A stretch of 64,000 bases of DNA, taken from contig OZ024741.1 of assembly GCA_964016885.1 (NCBI GenBank), positions 415,648,001 through 415,712,000 of the forward strand. Direction: 5' to 3'. The position numbers and the translations under genes are program-made. Source of the DNA: Eledone cirrhosa. Its lineage: Eukaryota. The stretch's first letter is position 1; each line of letters starts with the position of its first letter. Below the pieces are notes generated by a model. The model saw only the letters and a program-made list of their open reading frames with translations, was not told the origin of the DNA and searched no databases. Shown in pieces: positions 54,901 to 64,000 of this stretch.

Positions 54901-57900
54901 TGTTATATTAACTGTGGCCTCTGTTATATTAACTGGGGCCTCTATTATATTAACTGGGGTCTCTGTTATATTAACTGGGGTCTCTGTTATATTAACTGGG
55001 GTCTCTGTTATATTAACTGGGGTCTCTGTTATATTAACTGGAGTCTCTGTTATATTAACTGGGGTATGTTATAGTAACTGGGGTCTCTGTTATATTAACT
55101 GGGGCCTCTGTTATATTAACTGGGGCCTCTGTTATATTAACTGGGGCCTCTGTTATATTAAATGGGGTCTCTGATATATTAACTGGGGTCTCTGTTATAT
55201 TAACTGGGGCCTCTGTTATATTAACTGGGGCCTCTGTTATATTAACTGGGGCCTCTGTTATATTAAATGGGGTCTCTGTTATATCAACTGGCGCCTCTGT
55301 TATATTAACTGGTGCCTCTGTTATATTAACTGGGGCCTCTGTTATATTAACTGGGGTCTCTGTTATATTAACTAGGGTCTCTGTTATATTAAATGGGGTC
55401 TGTGTTATATTAACTGGGGTCTCTGTTATATTAACTGGTGCCTCTGTTATATTAACTGGGGTCTCTGTTATATTAACTGGGGCCTCTGTTATATTAACTG
55501 GGGCCTCTGTTATATTAACTGGGGTCTCTGTTATATTAACTGGGGTCTCTGTTATATTAACTGGGGTATGTTATATTAACTGGGGTCTCTGTAATATTAA
55601 CTGGGGTCTTTATTATATTAACTGGGGTCTCTGTTATATTAACTGGGGCCTCTGTTATATTAACTGGGGTCTCTGTTATATTAACTAGGGTCTCTGTTAT
55701 ATTAAATAGGGTCTCTGTTATATTAACTGGGGTCTCTGTTATATTAACTGGTGCCTCTGTTATATTAACTGGGGTCTCTGTTATATTAACTGGGGCCTCT
55801 GTTATATTAACTGTGACCTCTGTTATATTAACTGGGGTCTCTGTTATATTAACTGGGGTCTCTGTTATATTAACTGGGGTATGTTATATTAACTGGGGTC
55901 TCTGTTATATTAACTGGGGCCTCTGTTATATTAACTGGGGCCTCTGTTATATTAACTGGGGCCTCTGTTATATTAAATGGGGTCTCTGATATATTAACTG
56001 GGGTCTCTGTTATATTAACTGGGGCCTCTGTTATATTAACTGGGGCCTCTGTTATATTAACTGGGGCCTCTGTTATATTAAATGGGGTCTCTGTTATATT
56101 AACTGGCGCCTCTGTTATATTAACTGGGGCCTCTGTTATATTAACTGGGGCCTCTGTTATATTAACTGGGGTCTCTGTTATATTAACTAGGGTCTCTGTT
56201 ATATTAAATGGGGTCTCTGTTATATTAACTGGGGCCTCTGTTATATTAACTGGGGTCTCTTATATATTAACTGGGGTCTCTGTTATATTAACTGGGGTAT
56301 GTTATATTAACTGGGGTCTCTGTAATATTAACTGGGGTCTCTATTATATTAACTGGGGTCTCTGTTATATTAACTGGGGCCTCTGTTATATTAACTGGGT
56401 CCTCTGTTATATTAACTGGGGTCTCTGTTATATTAACTGGGGTCTCTGTTATATTAACTGGTGCCTCTGTTATATTAACTGGGGTCTCTGTTATATTAAC
56501 TGGGGCCTCTGTTATATTAACTGGGGCCTCTGTTATAATAACTGGGGTCTCTCTTATATTAACTGGGGTCTCTGTTATATTAACTGGGGTATGTTATATT
56601 AACTGGGGTGTCTGTAATATTAACTGGGGTCTCTATTATATTAACTGGGGTCTCTGTTATATTAACTGGGGCCTCTGTTATATTAACTGGGGTCTCTGTT
56701 ATATTAACTGGGGCCTCTGTTATATTAACTGGGGCCTCTGTTATATTAACTGGAGCCTCCGTTATATTAACTGGGGTCTCTGTTATATTAACTGGGGTCT
56801 CTGTTATCTTAAATGGGGTTTCTGTTATAATAACTGGGGTCTCTGTTATATTAACTGGTGCCTCTGTTATATTAACTGGGGCCTCTGTTATATTAACTGG
56901 GGCCTCTGTTATATTAACTGGGGCCTCTGTTATATTAACTGGGGCCTCTGTTATATTAACTGGGGTCTCTGTTATATTAACTTGGGTCTCTGTTATATTA
57001 ACTGGGGCCTCTGTTATATTAGCTGGGGCCTCTGTTATATTAACTGGGGTCTCTGTTACATTAAATGGGGTCTCTGTTATATTAAATGGGGCCTCTGTTA
57101 TATTAACTGGGGCCTCTGTTATATTAACTGGGGTCTCTGTTATATTAACTGGGGTATGTTATATTAACTGGGGCCTCTGTTATATTAACTGGGGCCTCTA
57201 TTATAGTAACTGGGGTCTCTGTTATTTTAACTGGGGTCTCTGTTATATTAACTGGGGTCTCCTTCATATTAACTGGGGTCTCTGTTATATTAACAGGGGT
57301 CTCTGTTATATTAACTGGGGTCTCTGTTATATTAACTGTGGCCTCTGTTATATTAACTGGGGCCTCTATTATATTAACTGGGGTCTCTGTTATATTAACT
57401 GGGGTCTCTGTTATATTAACTGGGGTCTCTGTTATATTAACTGGGGTCTCTGTTATATTAACTGGAGTCTCTGTTATATTAACTGGGGTATGTTATAGTA
57501 ACTGGGGTCTCTGTTATATTAACTGGGGCCTCTGTTATATTAACTGGGGCCTCTGTTATATTAACTGGGGCCTCTGTTATATTAAATGGGGTCTCTGATA
57601 TATTAACTGGGGTCTCTGTTATATTAACTGGGGCCTCTGTTATATTAACTGGGGCCTCTGTTATATTAACTGGGGCCTCTGTTATATTAAATGGGGTCTC
57701 TGTTATATCAACTGGCGCCTCTGTTATATTAACTGGTGCCTCTGTTATATTAACTGGGGCCTCTGTTATATTAACTGGGGTCTCTGTTATATTAACTAGG
57801 GTCTCTGTTATATTAAATGGGGTCTGTGTTATATTAACTGGGGTCTCTGTTATATTAACTGGTGCCTCTGTTATATTAACTGGGGTCTCTGTTATATTAA

Positions 57901-60900
57901 CTGGGGCCTCTGTTATATTAACTGGGGCCTCTGTTATATTAACTGGGGTCTCTGTTATATTAACTGGGGTCTCTGTTATATTAACTGGGGTATGTTATAT
58001 TAACTGGGGTCTCTGTAATATTAACTGGGGTCTTTATTATATTAACTGGGGTCTCTGTTATATTAACTGGGGCCTCTGTTATATTAACTGGGGTCTCTGT
58101 TATATTAACTAGGGTCTCTGTTATATTAAATAGGGTCTCTGTTATATTAACTGGGGTCTCTGTTATATTAACTGGTGCCTCTGTTATATTAACTGGGGTC
58201 TCTGTTATATTAACTGGGGCCTCTGTTATATTAACTGTGACCTCTGTTATATTAACTGGGGTCTCTGTTATATTAACTGGGGTCTCTGTTATATTAACTG
58301 GGGTATGTTATATTAACTGGGGTCTCTGTTATATTAACTGGGGCCTCTGTTATATTAACTGGGGCCTCTGTTATATTAACTGGGGCCTCTGTTATATTAA
58401 ATGGGGTCTCTGATATATTAACTGGGGTCTCTGTTATATTAACTGGGGCCTCTGTTATATTAACTGGGGCCTCTGTTATATTAACTGGGGCCTCTGTTAT
58501 ATTAAATGGGGTCTCTGTTATATTAACTGGCGCCTCTGTTATATTAACTGGGGCCTCTGTTATATTAACTGGGGCCTCTGTTATATTAACTGGGGTCTCT
58601 GTTATATTAACTAGGGTCTCTGTTATATTAAATGGGGTCTCTGTTATATTAACTGGGGCCTCTGTTATATTAACTGGGGTCTCTTATATATTAACTGGGG
58701 TCTCTGTTATATTAACTGGGGTATGTTATATTAACTGGGGTCTCTGTAATATTAACTGGGGTCTCTATTATATTAACTGGGGTCTCTGTTATATTAACTG
58801 GGGCCTCTGTTATATTAACTGGGTCCTCTGTTATATTAACTGGGGTCTCTGTTATATTAACTGGGGTCTCTGTTATATTAACTGGTGCCTCTGTTATATT
58901 AACTGGGGTCTCTGTTATATTAACTGGGGCCTCTGTTATATTAACTGGGGCCTCTGTTATAATAACTGGGGTCTCTCTTATATTAACTGGGGTCTCTGTT
59001 ATATTAACTGGGGTATGTTATATTAACTGGGGTGTCTGTAATATTAACTGGGGTCTCTATTATATTAACTGGGGTCTCTGTTATATTAACTGGGGCCTCT
59101 GTTATATTAACTGGGGTCTCTGTTATATTAACTGGGGCCTCTGTTATATTAACTGGGGCCTCTGTTATATTAACTGGAGCCTCCGTTATATTAACTGGGG
59201 TCTCTGTTATATTAACTGGGGTCTCTGTTATCTTAAATGGGGTTTCTGTTATAATAACTGGGGTCTCTGTTATATTAACTGGTGCCTCTGTTATATTAAC
59301 TGGGGCCTCTGTTATATTAACTGGGGCCTCTGTTATATTAACTGGGGCCTCTGTTATATTAACTGGGGCCTCTGTTATATTAACTGGGGTCTCTGTTATA
59401 TTAACTTGGGTCTCTGTTATATTAACTGGGGCCTCTGTTATATTAGCTGGGGCCTCTGTTATATTAACTGGGGTCTCTGTTACATTAAATGGGGTCTCTG
59501 TTATATTAAATGGGGCCTCTGTTATATTAACTGGGGCCTCTGTTATATTAACTGGGGTCTCTGTTATATTAACTGGGGTATGTTATATTAACTGGGGCCT
59601 CTGTTATATTAACTGGGGCCTCTATTATAGTAACTGGGGTCTCTGTTATTTTAACTGGGGTCTCTGTTATATTAACTGGGGTCTCCTTCATATTAACTGG
59701 GGTCTCTGTTATATTAACAGGGGTCTCTGTTATATTAACTGGGGTCTCTGTTATATTAACTGGGGTCTCTATTATATTATATGGCGTCTATGTTATTTTA
59801 ACTGGGGCCTCTGTTATATTAACTGGGGTCTCTGTTATATTAACTGGGGTCTCTGTTATATTAACTGGGGCCTCTGTTATATTAACTGGGGCCTCTGTTA
59901 TATTAACTGGGGCCTCTGTTATATTAACTGGAGTCTCTGTTATATTAACTGGTGCCTCTGTTATATTAACTGGGGTCTCTGTTATATTAACTGGGGTCTC
60001 TGTTATATTAACTGGGGTCTCTATTATATTAAATGGCGTCTATGTTATTTTAAGTGGGGCCTCTGTTATATTAACTGGGGTCTCTGTTATATTAACTGGG
60101 GTATGTTATATTAACTGTGGCCTCTGTTATATTAACTGTGGCCTCTATTATATTAACTGTGGTCTCTGTTATATTAACTGGGGTCTCTGTTATATTAACT
60201 GGGGCCTCTGTTATATTAACTGGGGTCTCTGTTATATTAACTGGGGTCTCTGTTATATTAACTGGGGTCTCTGTTATATTAACTGGGGTATGTTATATTA
60301 ACTGGGGTCTCTGTTATATTAACTGTGGCCTCTGTTATATTAACTGGGGCCTCTATTATATTAACTGGGGTCTCTGTTATATTAACTGGGGTCTCTGTTA
60401 TATTAACTGGGGTCTCTGTTATATTAACTGGGGTCTCTGTTATATTAACTGGAGTCTCTGTTATATTAACTGGGGTATGTTATAGTAACTGGGGTCTCTG
60501 TTATATTAACTGGGGCCTCTGTTATATTAACTGGGGCCTCTGTTATATTAACTGGGGCCTCTGTTATATTAAATGGGGTCTCTGATATATTAACTGGGGT
60601 CTCTGTTATATTAACTGGGGCCTCTGTTATATTAACTGGGGCCTCTGTTATATTAACTGGGGCCTCTGTTATATTAAATGGGGTCTCTGTTATATCAACT
60701 GGCGCCTCTGTTATATTAACTGGTGCCTCTGTTATATTAACTGGGGCCTCTGTTATATTAACTGGGGTCTCTGTTATATTAACTAGGGTCTCTGTTATAT
60801 TAAATGGGGTCTGTGTTATATTAACTGGGGTCTCTGTTATATTAACTGGTGCCTCTGTTATATTAACTGGGGTCTCTGTTATATTAACTGGGGCCTCTGT

Positions 60901-62280
60901 TATATTAACTGGGGCCTCTGTTATATTAACTGGGGTCTCTGTTATATTAACTGTGGTCTCTGTTATATTAACTGGGGTATGTTATATTAACTGGGGTCTC
61001 TGTAATATTAACTGGGGTCTCTATTATATTAACTGGGGTCTCTGTTATATTAACTGGGGCCTCTGTTATATTAACTGGGGTCTCTGTTATATTAACTAGG
61101 GTCTCTGTTATATTAAATAGGGTCTCTGTTATATTAACTGGGGTCTCTGTTATATTAACTGGTGCCTCTGTTATATTAACTGGGGTCTCTGTTATATTAA
61201 CTGGGGCCTCTGTTATATTAACTCGGACCTCTGTTATATTAACTGGGGTCTCTGTTATATTAACTGGGGTCTCTGTTATATTAACTGGGGTATGTTATAT
61301 TAACTGGGGTCTCTGTTATATTAACTGGGGCCTCTGTTATATTAACTGGGGCCTCTGTTATATTAACTGGGGCCTCTGTTATATTAAATGGGGTCTCTGA
61401 TATATTAACTGGGGTCTCTGTTATATTAACTGGGGCCTCTGTTATATTAACTGGGGCCTCTGTTATATTAACTGGGGCCTCTGTTATATTAAATGGGGTC
61501 TCTGTTATATTAACTGGCGCCTCTGTTATATTAACTGGGGCCTCTGTTATATTAACTGGGGCCTCTGTTATATTAACTGGGGTCTCTGTTATATTAACTA
61601 GGGTCTCTGTTATATTAAATGGGGTCTCTGTTATATTAACTGGGGCCTCTGTTATATTAACTGGGGTCTCTTATATATTAACTGGGGTCTCTGTTATATT
61701 AACTGGGGTATGTTATATTAACTGGGGTCTCTGTAATATTAACTGGGGTCTCTATTATATTAACTGGGGTCTCTGTTATATTAACTGGGGCCTCTGTTAT
61801 ATTAACTGGGGCCTCTGTTATATTAACTGGGGTCTCTGTTATATTAACTGGGGTCTCTGTTATATTAACTGGTGCCTCTGTTATATTAACTGGGGTCTCT
61901 GTTATATTAACTGGGGCCTCTGTTATATTAACTGGGGCCTCTGTTATAATAACTGGGGTCTCTCTTATATTAACTGGGGTCTCTGTTATATTAACTGGGG
62001 TATGTTATATTAACTGGGGTGTCTGTAATATTAACTGGGGTCTCTATTATATTAACTGGGGTCTCTGTTATATTAACTGGGGCCTCTGTTATATTAACTG
62101 GGGTCTCTGTTATATTAACTGGGGCCTCTGTTATATTAACTGGGGCCTCTGTTATATTAACTGGAGCCTCCGTTATATTAACTGGGGTCTCTGTTATATT
62201 AACTGGGGTCTCTGTTATCTTAAATGGGGTTTCTGTTATATTAACTGGGGTCTCTGTTATATTAACTGGTGCCTCTGTTA
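52000..62280 (+). repeat. HOR domain E: 2,987-bp full unit with deletion variants of 2,695 and 2,424 bp, about 3.7 copies
   Basis: ORF starts 53621/56608/59032/62019 are spaced 2987, 2424, 2987. Context-matched 'gtctctga' ends at 52479/55174/57598/60585. Private markers are 'gtgacctct', 'ggagcctccg' and 'gtatgttatagtaac'. Confidence 0.9.
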
Positions 62281-64000
62281 TATTAACTGGGGTCTCTGTT
62301 ATATTAACTGGGGCCTCTGTTATATTAACTGGGGTCTCTATTATATTAACTGGGGTCTCTGTTATATTAACTGGGGTCTCTGTTACATTAAATGGGGTCT
62401 CTGTTATATTAACTGGGGCCTCTGTTATATTAACTGGGGTCTCTGTTATATTAACTGGGGCCTCTGTTATATTAACTGGGCTCTCTGTTTTATTTACTGG
62501 GGTCTCTGTTATATTAACTGAGGTCTCTGTTATGTTAACTGGGGTCTCTGTTATATTAACTGAGGTCTCTGTTATATTAACTGGGGTCTCTATTATATTA
62601 ACTGGGGTCTCTGTTATATTAACTGGGGTCTCTGTTATATTAACTGGGGTATGTTATATTAACTGGGGTCTCTGTTATATCAACTGGGTTCTCTGTTATA
62701 TTAACTGGGGTATGTTATATTAACTGGGGTCTCTGTTATATTAACTGGGGTCTCTGTTATATTAACTGGGGTATGTTATATTAACTGGGGTCTCTGTAAT
62801 ATTAACTGGGTCCTCTGTTATATTAACTGGGTCCTCTGTTATATTAAATGGGGTCTCTGTTATATTAGCTGGGGCCTCTGTTATATTAACTGGGGTCTCT
62901 GTTACATTAAATGGGGTCTCTGTATATTAACTTGGGCCTCTGTAATATTAACTGGGTTCTGTTATATTAACTGGGGTCTCTGTTATATTAACTGGGGTCT
63001 CTGTTATATTAACTGGGGTCTCTATTATATTAACTAGGGTCTCTGTTATATTAACTGGGGCATCTGTAATATTAACTGGGGTATGTTATATTAACTGGGG
63101 TCTCTGTTATATTAACTGAGGTCTCTGTTATATTAACTGGGGTCTCTGTTATATTAACTGGGGACTCTGTTATATTAACTGGGGTCTCGGTTATATTAAC
63201 TGGGGCCTCTATTATATTAACTTAGGTCACTGTTATATTAACTGGGGTCTCTGTTATATTAACTGGGGTCTCTGTTATATTAACTGGGGTCTTTGTTATA
63301 TTAACTGGGGTCTCTGTTATATTAACTGGGGTATGTTATATTAACTGGGGTCTCTGTTATATTAACTTGGGTCTCTGTTATGTTAACTGGGGTCTCTGTT
63401 ATATTAACTGGGGCCTCTGTTAAATTAACTGGGGCTCTGTTATATTAACTGGGGCCTCTGTTATATTAAATGGGGTCTCTGTTATATTAACTGGCGCCTC
63501 TGTTATATTAACTGGGGCATCTGTTATATTAACTGGGGTATGTTATATTAACTGGGGTCTCTGTAATATTAATTGGGGGCTCTATTATATGAACTGGGGT
63601 CTCTGTTATATTAACTGGGATCTCTGTTAAATTAACTGGGGTATGTTATATTAACTGGGGTCGCGGTTATATTAACTGGGGCCTCTATTATATTGACTTA
63701 GGTCTCTGTTATATTAACTGGGGTCTCTGTTATATTAACTGTGGCCTCTGTTTTATTAACTAGGGCCTCTATTATATTAACTGGGGTCTCTATTATATTA
63801 ACTGGGATCTCTGTTATATTAACTGGGGTCTCTGTTACATTAAATGGTGTCTCTGTTATATTAACTGGGGCCTCTGTTATATTAACTGGGGTCTCTGTTA
63901 TATTAACTGGGGCCTCTGTTATATTAACTGGGCTCTCTGTTTTATTTACTGGGGTCTCTGTTATATTAACTGAGGTCTCTGTTATGTTAACTGGGGTCTC

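Larger units (their letters stand above)
1..64000 (+). repeat. Tandem satellite/minisatellite array, 21-bp monomer GTTATATTAACTGGGG(T/C)CTCT, head-to-tail, extending beyond both window edges
   Basis: The monomer is directly readable from position 1 (gttatattaactggggcctct) to the end. GGGG tracts are always on the + strand. No non-monomer sequence was seen. 64000/21 = 3048, and the true count is slightly higher because of the 19/20-bp variants. Confidence 0.99.

Noticed and set aside
784-62723. Plus-strand ORFs encoding (VILTGVS)n and (CYINWGL)n
   Set aside because: A 21-bp monomer is 7 codons and two + frames lack stops. Each 19-mer shifts VILTG to CYINWG and then to the TAA frame, which is why most ORFs end in 'GMLY'. 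Starts are chance variant codons, and there are no unique domains or frame preservation.
1-64000. CRISPR array (short, partly palindromic repeat)
   Set aside because: Repeats are directly adjacent with no unique spacers, and there is no leader or cas gene.
1-64000. TATA-like/-10-like boxes and TTAA (piggyBac target) motifs in every monomer
   Set aside because: They are a trivial consequence of the AT-rich half of the monomer. No downstream gene, terminal inverted repeats or insertion is present.
1-64000. Synthetic construct, rolling-circle artefact or pure assembly artefact
   Set aside because: The hierarchical, shared and stepwise variant patterns across domains indicate natural evolution. 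The exact copy number of near-identical HOR units could still be mis-assembled.
1-64000. Assignment to a named satellite family, centromere or organism
   Set aside because: I do not recognise the monomer with confidence. This needs a database search and genomic context.

Overview
The whole 64-kb window is one uninterrupted, single-orientation tandem array (satellite or very long minisatellite) of a 21-bp monomer, consensus GTTATATTAACTGGGG(T/C)CTCT, roughly 3,050-3,100 copies. It is punctuated by a recurrent 19-bp variant (GTTATATTAACTGGGGTAT) and many point variants. I saw no unique sequence, gene, RNA gene, transposon, CRISPR spacer or strand inversion. All supplied ORFs are by-products of a stop-free 7-codon monomer. 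The information lies in the order of variant monomers, which shows nested higher-order repeats (HORs): about 5.0 kb at 1-13 kb, about 2.5-3.0 kb at 18-35 kb, 4.1 kb/2,850 bp at 35-49 kb and 2,987 bp at 52-62 kb. These are built from shared older cassettes and differ by whole-monomer deletions and duplications. The monomer is an imperfect 9-3-9 inverted repeat, two helical turns long. I cannot identify the organism or a named satellite family; a eukaryotic origin is likely but is inference. No novel gene system is supported by this sequence.
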